From a virus: a stretch of DNA of 64,000 nt. Made by a program: the position numbers and the translations under genes. The stretch covers positions 1-64,000 of the IMG/VR virus record IMGVR_UViG_3300023184_003849. One strand, written 5' to 3'. Below, piece after piece: positions 52,891-63,685 of this stretch; position 1 is the first letter of the stretch; every line of letters starts with the position of its first letter. Under the pieces are notes generated by a model. That model made no database searches. It was not told where the DNA came from and worked only from the letters and a program-made list of their open reading frames with translations.

Positions 52891-53133
52891 ATGAACGACA
52901 CAACTGAATCGACACAATTCACTATTGCTGATCTTGCTGGAATACGCAACATCATCGACCTGGCTTGCCAGCGTGGCGCTTTTCGTGGGGAAGAGATGAA
53001 GGATGTGGGGCTGATATTTGAACGCCTTACCAACTTTATTATCAGTGCCCAGGAAGCCGCCGAAGCACAAGCCCAGGCTCCGGACGCTGAACAAGAGCCT
53101 ACTGAGCCAGCCACATCAACTCAAGGAGAATAG
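52891..53133 (+). CDS. Hypothetical protein
   Basis: IIDLACQRGAF; after TAAATA. Confidence 0.75.
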   Translation: MNDTTESTQFTIADLAGIRNIIDLACQRGAFRGEEMKDVGLIFERLTNFIISAQEAAEAQAQAPDAEQEPTEPATSTQGE

Positions 53134-53134
53134 C

Positions 53135-53872
53135 ATGGCATTTTTAAAACACATAGGCAAACATGGCGATCGCAAGATTGTTGTTGTTTTTAGACAGATT
53201 CCAGGTGACGAGCACATGTGCTTGTGCATCTATCCAGACTTGTTGGCCACACACTGGCACGATACCATTATGAAGGTATTAGAAAGCCCTGTGGGTCAAG
53301 CCGCAGAAGAATTTGCTGACGCACTCAATCGTAACTTGTTACCTGATGGTCGCAACATCCTGGGCGCATTACATGCTGAACGCATGATGAAGCGTGTGAA
53401 TACTGAACAAGTGTTGATGACACCTACTATCAACAGCAATGTCAAACTCAGTGAACTCAACAAGATCCTTAATGAAATGAAAAAGGGCGAGGACGCTGTG
53501 CGCAAGATGGCCGAGATTGACGGAGCAAGAGGCTTGGTTGATCCCAAACAGAAACGTGCCGCTGAAGCACAATACAAAGCCGAACAAACGGCACCCAAGG
53601 CACAGTCAGGTTATACTGCCGCGCCAACAGATGGTGCATTAGATGACAAGAGTCTGGCAGCCAACATGCTGACGCAGGCTGTTCGCATGCACAACGAAGC
53701 CACCAGCATGATCAACGAAGCCGCACGTATGCGCAAAGAAGCAGAGAAAATGTTTCCTGGTGTGAAGATGATGGACCTACCCAAGATGGCACCAATCCCC
53801 ACAGTAGAAACAGAAACACCTGCGCCTCGAAAGCGTGGACGTAAACCTGCTGTGGCTCATGCAACTCAGTGA
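53135..53872 (+). CDS. Hypothetical phage protein
   Basis: AAGGAG SD; RKRGRKP tail. Confidence 0.8.
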   Translation: MAFLKHIGKHGDRKIVVVFRQIPGDEHMCLCIYPDLLATHWHDTIMKVLESPVGQAAEEFADALNRNLLPDGRNILGALHAERMMKRVNTEQVLMTPTINSNVKLSELNKILNEMKKGEDAVRKMAEIDGARGLVDPKQKRAAEAQYKAEQTAPKAQSGYTAAPTDGALDDKSLAANMLTQAVRMHNEATSMINEAARMRKEAEKMFPGVKMMDLPKMAPIPTVETETPAPRKRGRKPAVAHATQ

Positions 53873-54161
53873 TGAATTTCTTGAACAGTGGGATCATATA
53901 ATTTCCGGTGTAGACAAAACCGAAGTTCCGTTAGAGTGCATCAACAAAATTGTTATTCGCTTGCAAGGTGGTCGTCAGAAGACTATCAACCTTGCTCGAC
54001 TCAAACGTGATGGTTTTGATCTTGAAGAAATTGAATCGTATCTCACTAGAAATCTGCTTGAACTCGGAGACCTAGTGCGTGACATAGACTTTTTAGTAGA
54101 TGTAAACGCTGTGGCTCAACTGGTACAACCCGAAACCGATAAACTCTTAAAAGATCTATGA
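53859..54161 (+). CDS. Hypothetical protein
   Basis: ORF; ATGA overlap with thyX. Confidence 0.7.
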   Translation: MQLSDEFLEQWDHIISGVDKTEVPLECINKIVIRLQGGRQKTINLARLKRDGFDLEEIESYLTRNLLELGDLVRDIDFLVDVNAVAQLVQPETDKLLKDL

Positions 54162-54829
54162 ATGTCAAACTTGTATCCTATTCACAACCAACAGAAGAAT
54201 TTAGAAACCAGGGCATTGACGATGCTCAAGAACTTATCGCTTTCTGCGCACGAGTATCCAATCCCTCCAACCAGTTCAACAATGACACAAGTGAAAAACT
54301 CATCCGATACCTTGTCAGACATCAACACTGGAGTCCACTTGAAATGGTCAGTGCTTGCATGGAAATTACGACAACACGAGATATTGCACGGCAAATCCTC
54401 AGACACCGAAGTTTCAGTTTCCAAGAATTCAGTCAACGATATGCTGACCCGACAAAAGATCTTGAGTTTGTTACCCGCAGTGGAAGACTTCAAGACCCAA
54501 AGAATCGACAAAACAGCATAGAGCATGACGACCACTTGTTGGAGAACGAGTGGTATCGTGCGCAACAACGAGTGATCTATGCGGCCCGGCGTGAATACGA
54601 ATGGGCTATCAAGAACGGTATTGCCAAGGAACAGGCCCGTACCGTGTTACCAGAAGGCTTGATACAAAGCCGGCTATACATGAATGGTACCTTGCGATCA
54701 TGGATTCACTTTATTGAGTTGAGGAGTGCCAACGGCACACAATTAGAGCACCAACAAGTGGCTGTAGCCTGTGCTCAAGCCATTGCCGCAATCTTTCCAA
54801 TGGCCACCGATCTAGTTGCAAAAACTTGA
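54158..54829 (+). CDS. thyX: Flavin-dependent thymidylate synthase
   Basis: HWSPLE; RHRSFSFQEFSQRY; EQAR..LP. Confidence 0.95.
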   Translation: MNVKLVSYSQPTEEFRNQGIDDAQELIAFCARVSNPSNQFNNDTSEKLIRYLVRHQHWSPLEMVSACMEITTTRDIARQILRHRSFSFQEFSQRYADPTKDLEFVTRSGRLQDPKNRQNSIEHDDHLLENEWYRAQQRVIYAARREYEWAIKNGIAKEQARTVLPEGLIQSRLYMNGTLRSWIHFIELRSANGTQLEHQQVAVACAQAIAAIFPMATDLVAKT

Positions 54830-54849
54830 TTGATCTGCTATACTAAGGT

Positions 54850-55176
54850 ATGGCCAACTACCAGCCCCAACATTCTGATCTTTCTCAATCCCGCGAAGTC
54901 AAAATAATTGACGGCGTACCAATTGCGTTTAGCGACGTGGTTGTGCATCACTTTCCCATGGGCGATGTAGAAGATCCAGACTTGTATGCGGCCGACCCTT
55001 TGTACAAATGGCAACAAAGCGAAGCCGGTACCTGGGTCATGGCTCATGCTGTGGAACCACCGTTTTGGGTTAGACAACCGGATATCGAGTCATACGGATA
55101 TCGCTACTATATTGTGGCCAGGTTGAAAGAGCAAGATCAAACTTATTTTAAACTAAAGTGGGGAAGCATCAAATGA
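54850..55176 (+). CDS. Hypothetical protein
   Basis: GDVEDPDLYAA; FKLKW tail. Confidence 0.7.
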   Translation: MANYQPQHSDLSQSREVKIIDGVPIAFSDVVVHHFPMGDVEDPDLYAADPLYKWQQSEAGTWVMAHAVEPPFWVRQPDIESYGYRYYIVARLKEQDQTYFKLKWGSIK

Positions 55177-56132
55177 AATTTTTAGTAACAGGCGGCTTGG
55201 GTCTCATTGGACACAACGTAGTGCAACGTCTACAAAAGCGTGGCGAAGAAGTTGTTATTGTAGACAATCGCACCACGTATGGTATTATACCACAAGACGA
55301 ACTAGACTATCTAATGGCAGAACGTTGGAAAAAGATTGACCAGACAGATGTATACTACACAGACATTGCTGATGGTGCCAAGTTTGATCAAATTGTAAAG
55401 AATCACAAACCCGAAGTGATCATACACATGGCATCATTTCCTAGACAGAAAGTTGTCAACGCTAATCCTGCTCAGGGTGCTAGGGTCATGATGGAAGGTT
55501 TAATGAACATTTGTGAGAGTGCCAAATCGCATGGTGTGGAGCGTGTGGTATATATAAGTTCAAGCATGGTGTACGGGGACTTTGAAGACCAAGTGACGGA
55601 AGAAGCCGAGTGCCGGCCTATTGGTCAATACGGAATTATGAAACTCTCAGGAGAAGACATTGTCAAAGACTACCATAGACGCGGCTGTTTTGACTACGCT
55701 ATTGTTCGGCCTAGTGCTGTATACGGGCCACTTGATGTGGAGGACAGGGTGGTTGCAAAATTTATGCTCCAGGCCATGCGTGGTGATGTTCTCCGAGTTA
55801 ATGGAGCCTCGGAAACACTTGATTTCACGTATGTCGATGATGCGGCAGATGGTATTGTGGCGGCGGCAACAAGAATTATGGCGGCAAATCGTACATATAA
55901 TATTACCAAATCGCATTCGGTAAGTTTGTTAGAGGCAGCAGAAATGATTGTTAAGATTGTGGGCAAGGGCACCATTGAAGTACGCGATAAAGATGCAGAC
56001 TTCCCTAGTCGTGGTGCGTTGTGTATTGATCGCGCACGAGTGATCCTGGGCTTTGATCCCCGAGTAGATGTAGAACAAGGATTCCAAAATTACTACAAGT
56101 GGTTGAGTGAATCGCCTTACTGGAACAAATGA
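55173..56132 (+). CDS. NAD-dependent epimerase/dehydratase
   Basis: TGGLGLIG; SSSMVYG; YGIMK; DFTYV. Confidence 0.9.
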   Translation: MKFLVTGGLGLIGHNVVQRLQKRGEEVVIVDNRTTYGIIPQDELDYLMAERWKKIDQTDVYYTDIADGAKFDQIVKNHKPEVIIHMASFPRQKVVNANPAQGARVMMEGLMNICESAKSHGVERVVYISSSMVYGDFEDQVTEEAECRPIGQYGIMKLSGEDIVKDYHRRGCFDYAIVRPSAVYGPLDVEDRVVAKFMLQAMRGDVLRVNGASETLDFTYVDDAADGIVAAATRIMAANRTYNITKSHSVSLLEAAEMIVKIVGKGTIEVRDKDADFPSRGALCIDRARVILGFDPRVDVEQGFQNYYKWLSESPYWNK

Positions 56133-57223
56133 CCACTACCGGCCTTACTATCCCGTTTACTGGTCTAAGAAAACAGTATAATACCCTAAGAACAGAAATT
56201 CTGGATGTGACCGATGAAGTATTGCGTTCAGGCGTTCTCATGGGAGGCAACTATACTGCTGAATTTGAAAACTGGCTAGCACGAAAGAATCGTGTGAGTT
56301 ATGCTGTGACCTGCCACTCGGGCACACAAGCACTTGAAATCATAGCCGGATTCTACCGCGATCTGGACTTGGCCTTTGTCAATCCTCCCACAGTGATTGT
56401 TCCTGCCTTGACATACCCAGCCACTGCTAATGCTTTTTTACGTGCAGGTTGGTCGGTCATAATTGGAGATACTGACTACTATGGTCAGATTGACGTAAGA
56501 AAGATGGTCAATGATTTGGACACACACTATCATGCTGTGTGTGCTGTGGGCTTGTATGGCGCGGCCCTGCGTGACATGCCACCAGTTGAAAATCGAGCCT
56601 TGCTGATCGAAGATGCGGCCCAACACTGGTTAAGCAACGACTGCAAAAGACAAGGTGGGGCCGCGGCCATCAGTTTTGACCCTACCAAGAACTTGGCCAA
56701 CTATGGCAATGGTGGTGCCATAGTATCTGATGATAGAAACTTGCTGGACTATGCAAGAAACTGGGTAAACAACGGCAAGCATACCCGACATGACCAAACT
56801 GGGTCAAATTCAAGAATGAGTGAAACAGATTGTGCTCAAATGATGATCAAGACACGTTATATAGATGTCTGGCAGAAGCGCAGGGCTGAGATTGCCCGTC
56901 ACTGGATTGAACGATTAAAGAACACAGGCATACGTACACTAATCGACGATACTAACTTTTCAACGCATTGTTATCATAAGTTTGTGATCGATGTGGATTC
57001 CAGAGATGTTGTGCAACGCAATCTTGCTATACGCAAGATCGAAACCAAAGTTCACTATGCTGAGCCTTTGCACGAACTACCCGCGTATCGAAATCTTACT
57101 GGCCCGGATCTCCTGAGTCCAGCAAGTGCGTTGAGCCGACGCTGTTTAAGTTTACCTATCTACCCCGAGTTATCAGATCTCGAGGTAGAATACGTTATCG
57201 ATCAGTTGTTAGACCTCGTTTGA
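56129..57223 (+). CDS. DegT/DnrJ/EryC1/StrS sugar aminotransferase
   Basis: SGTQAL, EDAAQ, SFDPTKNL..YGNGG, LSLPIYP. Confidence 0.92.
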   Translation: MTTTGLTIPFTGLRKQYNTLRTEILDVTDEVLRSGVLMGGNYTAEFENWLARKNRVSYAVTCHSGTQALEIIAGFYRDLDLAFVNPPTVIVPALTYPATANAFLRAGWSVIIGDTDYYGQIDVRKMVNDLDTHYHAVCAVGLYGAALRDMPPVENRALLIEDAAQHWLSNDCKRQGGAAAISFDPTKNLANYGNGGAIVSDDRNLLDYARNWVNNGKHTRHDQTGSNSRMSETDCAQMMIKTRYIDVWQKRRAEIARHWIERLKNTGIRTLIDDTNFSTHCYHKFVIDVDSRDVVQRNLAIRKIETKVHYAEPLHELPAYRNLTGPDLLSPASALSRRCLSLPIYPELSDLEVEYVIDQLLDLV

Positions 57224-58802
57224 TCAAGGCATAAGTGGCCAACCAAGACCACTCATAACTTTTTCTCAGTTGTTCAAAGTCTCCACTTACTGATTCATAG
57301 TATTCTATAGCATCCTGGGCCCCTTTAATACTCCACTGGTTTGGAGTATTGTCTTTGGTCAACCATTGATTCAATCTATATTCGTTTTCTACATCAGGCA
57401 AACTGGCTCGTAATTTCAACACCTCTCGAAACGCTGTGCGCCAACACATCCATGAACTTGTGTAGTAGTTGGCCGTGCCTGACACAATGGGCACAACTTC
57501 GTGTGGATCATCAAGAGTAAAGTCTAGTCCGTGTCCTGTGTTGGCCAGAGTCAAGCGACGATTGTAGGCAATCATGGCTTGGTGTCCATACACTAAACCA
57601 TTCACAGGATTCTTGGCATGAAAGATATAGTGCTTGGCTTGTTGCATACGATCTGGCTGCCACGACCAATCAAAGTTCTGGTCAACTTGAAGTTTGGCAA
57701 ACACAGCAAAGAACCACGGAGTTGTGCTGACTTCAGCAGCCGCATGATAGGCTGCCACACGACCATTGACATTTTGCACTTGATGTATTTTATTAAGACT
57801 ACTGTTGTACCAGGCTTTGGTGCTTTGCATGAGTCGTTGATAGTTAGTTTCAGCCTCGTTTTCACCATTAGATATAAACACAATATCAATTGGAGTTTCG
57901 TTTAAGGTAATTTTGGTTTTGTTGATGTGTGGGTAATCATACACCTGTATTTTAATATAATTTTTACACTCTCTAGGCACCACAGCAGTGGCATTTCCTT
58001 GACTGAGAGGCATCACTGTTTTAGTACTCTCTTGCCATAGGCTTATTGTAGGCACGTTATTGCCCAGTGCTATAGTTTGATAGAACTCAACCAATGGAGT
58101 GTCAAATTCATGATTCCATACGGCTGTAGCAAGACTGTCATCGGTGTACTTGACCTGAGTCAAAGGCAGTCTTGGTATTGGTCGATCCTCAATAAAGTTT
58201 AGAGTTTCAAACCATTCTAATACTTTTAAATTCTTGGTCTTTTCCAAAAAACTAGACACATGTACATAAAACGTATCTCCAAACTTTTGTTCATTGCTTG
58301 CAAACACATGTAACATTTCCTGTTGCCATTCGTTAGGGTGCCAAGAGAAATCAAAGTTAACATAATCACAAACATCACTAGTAACCCAACAGTATTCCCA
58401 TTTGACTTTACTCAAGGCTCTACGCATGGTGCCCAAGTAATCTGAAACGTACCGAACATTAACATCACCTGCATTTTGGCTACTTAGGGCATGTTTGATA
58501 TGCAAGCGTGGCACACTGAGTCGTCGTGGCACTATAGGGTGTGATCTATTCACCTGCTCATACTCACGCGGTACCAGTGCGGTTCCACCATTTGCCTGAT
58601 GCTGACTAGGCCACACATGCATTTGATTGCGTTCCCAAGGCACAGGTTCCCAAAGAAAATCAAACCCAGAATAGTCCGATAAGTAATTTATCCACCAAAA
58701 ATATCTCGTGCGACTTTGCTTTTGTGCTTGCTCGATCGATTGCACTTGCTTCTCATGTGGAAATACATTGGGCTTGGTGCCAGTATAAAATACATCAAAC
58801 AT
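57195..58802 (-). CDS. Hypothetical protein with repeated glycosyltransferase-like modules
   Basis: Repeated F.W.P...H modules; DIVFISNGE; WRTAFRE. Confidence 0.65.
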   Translation of the reverse strand: MFDVFYTGTKPNVFPHEKQVQSIEQAQKQSRTRYFWWINYLSDYSGFDFLWEPVPWERNQMHVWPSQHQANGGTALVPREYEQVNRSHPIVPRRLSVPRLHIKHALSSQNAGDVNVRYVSDYLGTMRRALSKVKWEYCWVTSDVCDYVNFDFSWHPNEWQQEMLHVFASNEQKFGDTFYVHVSSFLEKTKNLKVLEWFETLNFIEDRPIPRLPLTQVKYTDDSLATAVWNHEFDTPLVEFYQTIALGNNVPTISLWQESTKTVMPLSQGNATAVVPRECKNYIKIQVYDYPHINKTKITLNETPIDIVFISNGENEAETNYQRLMQSTKAWYNSSLNKIHQVQNVNGRVAAYHAAAEVSTTPWFFAVFAKLQVDQNFDWSWQPDRMQQAKHYIFHAKNPVNGLVYGHQAMIAYNRRLTLANTGHGLDFTLDDPHEVVPIVSGTANYYTSSWMCWRTAFREVLKLRASLPDVENEYRLNQWLTKDNTPNQWSIKGAQDAIEYYESVSGDFEQLRKSYEWSWLATYALIKRGLTTDR

Positions 58803-59913
58803 GATTAGAATAGACGAAATTTATGACAATATTTTTTGGGCTTGGATCAATAAACATCACCCTGGTTATAAAATGTTTTTTTGTGACCCTTTTGGTCGTA
58901 GTGACCCTGAAAGTATTTCGAATTACGGAAGAGAAGATATACATGAACATAATTATATATTCTTTTTTGACCAAGAGCCAATACATTTAGACATACATCT
59001 CTCAACATTTAATCATATTATTTGGTCTACTTTGTCTATTTACGAAAGCATGCCAGGTGATATTGGGTATCTAGTGACTAGTGAAAAGAACAGTGAGACA
59101 GTGGAACGTGTTTGTAAACATTACAATTGGAAATCTTTGTATTATTTTTTTCATGGTTGGGCCGCATTAGATTGGTATCGCGGATACGATAGAACATTTT
59201 TGATTACTCCTTGGACCGAACGGAAAATTAAAAAGACATTTTTCAGTGCCAATCGAATCATTGGGGGCAAAAGACAACATCGAGTACTGATGCTATACCA
59301 CTTTCAACGTCTAGGGCTCATGAACAATTGGATCAGTGCCAGTGCAGTATGCCCTGTAGAGAATACATCCATTATTGATATTGCAAAATATTATGAACAA
59401 CAATATCCTGACATTGTAGATGTAATCAGTGGTATAGAATTGCCTAAACATTTTCCTAATGAAGATTCTCCACGGATGAGTAGTTGTTGGTTGGATCAAT
59501 TTGACATCTGTGCCGAAAGTCTTATCTATCACGTGAGCGAAACTGTTTATGTAGGACGTAGACTACATCTAACTGAAAAAACATTTAAACCAATTGCACT
59601 GGGCATGCCCTTTGTATTATCAGGTACTGCAGGAAGTTTGGAATACTTGCGCAGTTACGGATTTAAAACTTTTGGCAACATCTGGGACGAAAGTTATGAT
59701 AAGGAAACAGATGATATTCGTCGGGCAGAAAAAGTCGCTGATTTATTAAAGAGCATAGATCAGTTGTCAGAAAAACAAAAACAAGAGTTATTCGAACAAA
59801 CATGGCCAATTATAGAACACAACTGGAATCATTTTTATCGTGGAAATTTTGCCGATGTACTTTGGAAAGAACTTGTAAACATGTTGGAACAAATTAAAAC
59901 ATGGTGTGCATAG
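58801..59913 (+). CDS. Hypothetical protein of the 'ET..TEKTFKP' family
   Basis: VSET..LTEKTFKP..GFKTF..DESYD. Confidence 0.7.
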   Translation: MIRIDEIYDNIFWAWINKHHPGYKMFFCDPFGRSDPESISNYGREDIHEHNYIFFFDQEPIHLDIHLSTFNHIIWSTLSIYESMPGDIGYLVTSEKNSETVERVCKHYNWKSLYYFFHGWAALDWYRGYDRTFLITPWTERKIKKTFFSANRIIGGKRQHRVLMLYHFQRLGLMNNWISASAVCPVENTSIIDIAKYYEQQYPDIVDVISGIELPKHFPNEDSPRMSSCWLDQFDICAESLIYHVSETVYVGRRLHLTEKTFKPIALGMPFVLSGTAGSLEYLRSYGFKTFGNIWDESYDKETDDIRRAEKVADLLKSIDQLSEKQKQELFEQTWPIIEHNWNHFYRGNFADVLWKELVNMLEQIKTWCA

Positions 59914-61133
59914 CAATTGATCATAGAGACCCTGTGTCAGGTAGACCCATGCCCAATGGCATTCCATTGGAGCAACATCATTCAATTGAACAAATGGATG
60001 GTTATAGGTTAGACTATCCTAGAATCATCTATTATCTGCATGAGTGCGGAATACCTATGCAGGTGGCAGCCACTGCCGATGCACCCTTAGGCGCCTGGTA
60101 CCCAGTGGTACTAGGTTGGTTTGATTTTTCAGTAGACTATATAGGCAGGATAAGTCCTGCCGCATACACACGCATACAACAAAAACACATGTTGTTGGTG
60201 TTTACATATCACGAAGGCGATAATCCTGCCAAGATAAGAGCAAGAATCAATCAACTGTGTGCTGACCATGCAATAGAACCTGACATGGTTTGGCTGATTA
60301 GTGGCAATAGTTCTGCAGATTCAATACAGGGATGCGTTTATTGGCCTGAACTGGAATTTATGTATTGGCGTACTGTAAATTTATCAGCAGGCGCCAAATA
60401 TCATCTGCGGCCTAGATCACGTGCATTTACTGGACTGTGTAGAATAGACAAACTTTGGCGTAAGGTATTCATGAGCGAACTATGGGCAGATGGGTTACAC
60501 AAGAATGGTTACTTCAGTTATACTCAGTATTTGCTAGGCGGCGAAGACGATTATTTTAATTGTGCATTACGCAATAGTTATCTTGCTCATAAACAACATC
60601 AAGTTAATCAATTTATAGCAGCCGGACCATTTCATGCGGATGAACTAGATTTAGATGCACACAACAACTATGCCGTCAACATGACCAACCTTTATGAAGA
60701 CAGTTACTTCAATATTGTGTTAGAAACCATGATTGATGTTGATGATTCAGGCGGACAGTTTATAACAGAAAAAACATTCAAACCCATATTCAACAATCAA
60801 TTTTTTATTGTGGTTAGTAGTAGTCACCACATGGCACACTTGCGTGAACTAGGGTACCAGACATTTGGGCGTGTGATAGATGAACACTATGATTCGATAG
60901 AAAACAATCAAGAAAGATTTGAGGCTGTGTTGGCGATGACAAAGAGTTTGTGCACCAAGCCTTTGTCAGAATTACACTCAATCTATCAACAACTTGAACC
61001 TGAGATTGTTCATAACTATCAAGTTTTTGTAGCAGGCATGCGACACAGGCTTAAAGTAGTGGTTGATCGTATTAACTACAAACCTTTACACCATATAATT
61101 TTTCAAAACGATCAGCGTCTGCTCGATCATTGA
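59901..61133 (+). CDS. Hypothetical protein of the 'ET..TEKTFKP' family
   Basis: VLET..ITEKTFKP..GYQTF..DEHYD. Confidence 0.7.
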   Translation: MVCIAIDHRDPVSGRPMPNGIPLEQHHSIEQMDGYRLDYPRIIYYLHECGIPMQVAATADAPLGAWYPVVLGWFDFSVDYIGRISPAAYTRIQQKHMLLVFTYHEGDNPAKIRARINQLCADHAIEPDMVWLISGNSSADSIQGCVYWPELEFMYWRTVNLSAGAKYHLRPRSRAFTGLCRIDKLWRKVFMSELWADGLHKNGYFSYTQYLLGGEDDYFNCALRNSYLAHKQHQVNQFIAAGPFHADELDLDAHNNYAVNMTNLYEDSYFNIVLETMIDVDDSGGQFITEKTFKPIFNNQFFIVVSSSHHMAHLRELGYQTFGRVIDEHYDSIENNQERFEAVLAMTKSLCTKPLSELHSIYQQLEPEIVHNYQVFVAGMRHRLKVVVDRINYKPLHHIIFQNDQRLLDH

Positions 61134-62553
61134 CCATGGGTTCGCCGCGTATGTTTAGCGAAGTGTTCAGCAACATGGGACAGCCAGTCAACACGTACCA
61201 CTTTTCAAGCAGTTGTCGGATTCCTGAACCGTCCTGCGCCACAGTTTGTACTCGGCTGGTGCCATCAACATGACATACAGCAGGAGTAAGGCTAGGCTGG
61301 CGACAACGAGCGACTGACTGCATATAAGGACTATGATGCCAACCGGCTGGCATATCAAAATAGTCATCAGCCACCTCAGCCAGTATGACCGGGGCAAAAG
61401 GTCTAAACTGTTGTCTGCGTTTGATTTCATTTACTTTCTCCTTGATCTCGCGGCCTCTAGGGTCTGCAAGGAGGCTACGGTTTCCGAGTGCGCGGGGGCC
61501 GAACTCGGCACGTCCTGAGGCGACTCCCACAATTCGTTCAGTAAGAAGCCGATCCAAAAGGCCATTAACGGGATAAGGGCCAGGAATGTCATACCCCAAA
61601 AAAGCGTTTGTCCAGTTAATTCTATATCCAAGAGCCAAAGCGGCAGCACCAAGGCTACTACCAGCATCACCAGGGCAAGGCATAATCCAAATATTCTCAA
61701 AGTACTCTCCCAAAAAACGATTTGCAGTGCAGTTCAAAGCCACTCCACCCATATATACCAAGTTTGCACTAAAATCTAATTTTCTAGCACGAATCATGAC
61801 CTGACGTATAAGATCTTCTGCGACCAACTGTGCCGCTGCCGCAATATTTTCTTCACTGGAATGCTGTAAAAATTCAGGGTCCATGCCTGTGTGAAAATTC
61901 TTTTTTAATTGTAAATTACGCTCGTCCTCAATCACGTGTTCACGCATGTCTTGGTACCACGTGTTACGGCCAAAGGCAGCCATGCCCATGGTGATGTACT
62001 CTTCATCCATTGGATGCAGACCAATACGCTTAGTCACTGCACTGTAAAACAAACCAATTGAATGTGGATAAACTTGCCGCCATAATCTACGATACTGCGC
62101 ACGGCCCGACTGATTGTATTCGGCACCCCATATACTTATAGTGTCCCATTCACCAATGGCGTCAACCACTACTACAGTGGCACGTTCAAACGGCGAAGTT
62201 TGAAAACCTGCGGCTGCATGGCTTAGATGATGATTGTAGTTTTTTATTTTCTTATCACAAGTGACCAATCCAGGCAATTGTTTTTTTAATATTGATGTGA
62301 CTGACAGTTTATCCCAGTCAATGTTTTGACCTGCATACAGTTGTCGCAGTTGTTTTGACCAAGGGCGCTCATAGTAGGCAATTGTGTCTATTTCTCGTCC
62401 GTATAAGTCTATTACTAATTCAGATGCAATTTCAGCATCGTTTTTTATTTTACTATACCGTTCTGAATGCGCGGCAAATAAGATCTCACCATTGGGACTT
62501 ATGACCGTGGCGGCTGCATCGTGAAAGCCTGCCGAAATACCCAGGATATTCAT
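61072..62553 (-). CDS. Carbamoyltransferase (NodU/CmcH/TobZ family)
   Basis: HDAAA, ERYS, HHLSHA, GGVALNC, GPRALGNRS, RPFAP, LNTSLN. Confidence 0.93.
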   Translation of the reverse strand: MNILGISAGFHDAAATVISPNGEILFAAHSERYSKIKNDAEIASELVIDLYGREIDTIAYYERPWSKQLRQLYAGQNIDWDKLSVTSILKKQLPGLVTCDKKIKNYNHHLSHAAAGFQTSPFERATVVVVDAIGEWDTISIWGAEYNQSGRAQYRRLWRQVYPHSIGLFYSAVTKRIGLHPMDEEYITMGMAAFGRNTWYQDMREHVIEDERNLQLKKNFHTGMDPEFLQHSSEENIAAAAQLVAEDLIRQVMIRARKLDFSANLVYMGGVALNCTANRFLGEYFENIWIMPCPGDAGSSLGAAALALGYRINWTNAFLGYDIPGPYPVNGLLDRLLTERIVGVASGRAEFGPRALGNRSLLADPRGREIKEKVNEIKRRQQFRPFAPVILAEVADDYFDMPAGWHHSPYMQSVARCRQPSLTPAVCHVDGTSRVQTVAQDGSGIRQLLEKWYVLTGCPMLLNTSLNIRGEPMVNDRADADRFEKLYGVKVCS

Positions 62554-62651
62554 TTGTAGATAAATGGATCGCGTTTGCGGAGTTCTTTTAATTTTTTTCT
62601 ATACCGTATTTCTAGTGTAATACGATTCCAAAGTCTTTGAATCCAATTCAT
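62550..62651 (-). CDS. Small protein (33 aa) ending DPFIYK
   Basis: MNWIQRLW...RDPFIYK; ATGA overlaps on both sides. Confidence 0.65.
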   Translation of the reverse strand: MNWIQRLWNRITLEIRYRKKLKELRKRDPFIYK

Positions 62652-63685
62652 GTTAAATTCCTAATTTGAAGTATATCATAGTCTGGATCACTCCAGCGAT
62701 AGTCATATGTAGCCCTGGTTGTGCCGGTACGCACTTTATACACATCCTGGTGCTGACTCAATTGCGAATATATTATTTGCCAGTCTTCTGTACCAAACGT
62801 CCTTTTGAGATCAACTTGCCCGATTTGAGGGTGGCCGATTGTAAGACCTGGGTCATCTGGGTTGAATCCATTCCGTTCAAGCCACGTTCGAAATTCGGCC
62901 AACTGTCGGATTTGCCAGGAGTAAGCACCGGGATCACGGGCCCATTCAATATCAAAATCAGCAGCCGCTTGAGTCTGAGTACGTAATCCTGAGGTAACCA
63001 ATTCTGAAATCCTTGAGTCCCTGCCCTCATCTTGAAATACCTCCCAATGGTGCTTGCCCACTGCTTTATTTACACCTACATATACACCACCCAATTTTCT
63101 ATTGATTGTTTCTATACCAAACAATTCTAAATCTGATTCTTCCAACTCAAATCGTGGAGCATTAAGCCAGCACATGAGTTGACTAGGTCTACGCCATTCG
63201 GGTGCTGTTTGTGCCTTACGTATACTGAGTACCAGGCTTTCAAACTCGTGGCATAACAAATTCAATTGTCTAATGTGCCAGCGTGTGGAATCATCTGCTT
63301 GAGAATAATAAGGACTCATAGCCCCTGCTGTGCCTTGTAAATCTTCAAAATAACGATGTAGTTGATTAAGATGTTGGTGGTTGGTTCTGCCTTGACTGTC
63401 TATGCTGTTGGCAGGTGAGAAGAAATCTTGTATTTTATAATTTAAGTTGCTTGAATTTATAGCATGGATTGATCTATTGATTTGAGTACACAAATATTCT
63501 GGATTGCGAGCACTTTCGGCCCAGCCCAACCAACAGTAATTTTTTTCTAGGTGTAATTGTTGATCAATAATATTATTCAATGCCGCAAGCCATTTACGGC
63601 TGAGACTGTTGTCTTCAACATTTATGTATACCGTAAAAATTTGATTTTCGGCACTCCGTAGGTCTATTTCAATCAAATCAAGCAA
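62648..63685 (-). CDS. Hypothetical protein
   Basis: 345 aa ORF; LN.LH.YFE and LNLLCHEFE. Confidence 0.75.
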   Translation of the reverse strand: MLDLIEIDLRSAENQIFTVYINVEDNSLSRKWLAALNNIIDQQLHLEKNYCWLGWAESARNPEYLCTQINRSIHAINSSNLNYKIQDFFSPANSIDSQGRTNHQHLNQLHRYFEDLQGTAGAMSPYYSQADDSTRWHIRQLNLLCHEFESLVLSIRKAQTAPEWRRPSQLMCWLNAPRFELEESDLELFGIETINRKLGGVYVGVNKAVGKHHWEVFQDEGRDSRISELVTSGLRTQTQAAADFDIEWARDPGAYSWQIRQLAEFRTWLERNGFNPDDPGLTIGHPQIGQVDLKRTFGTEDWQIIYSQLSQHQDVYKVRTGTTRATYDYRWSDPDYDILQIRNLT

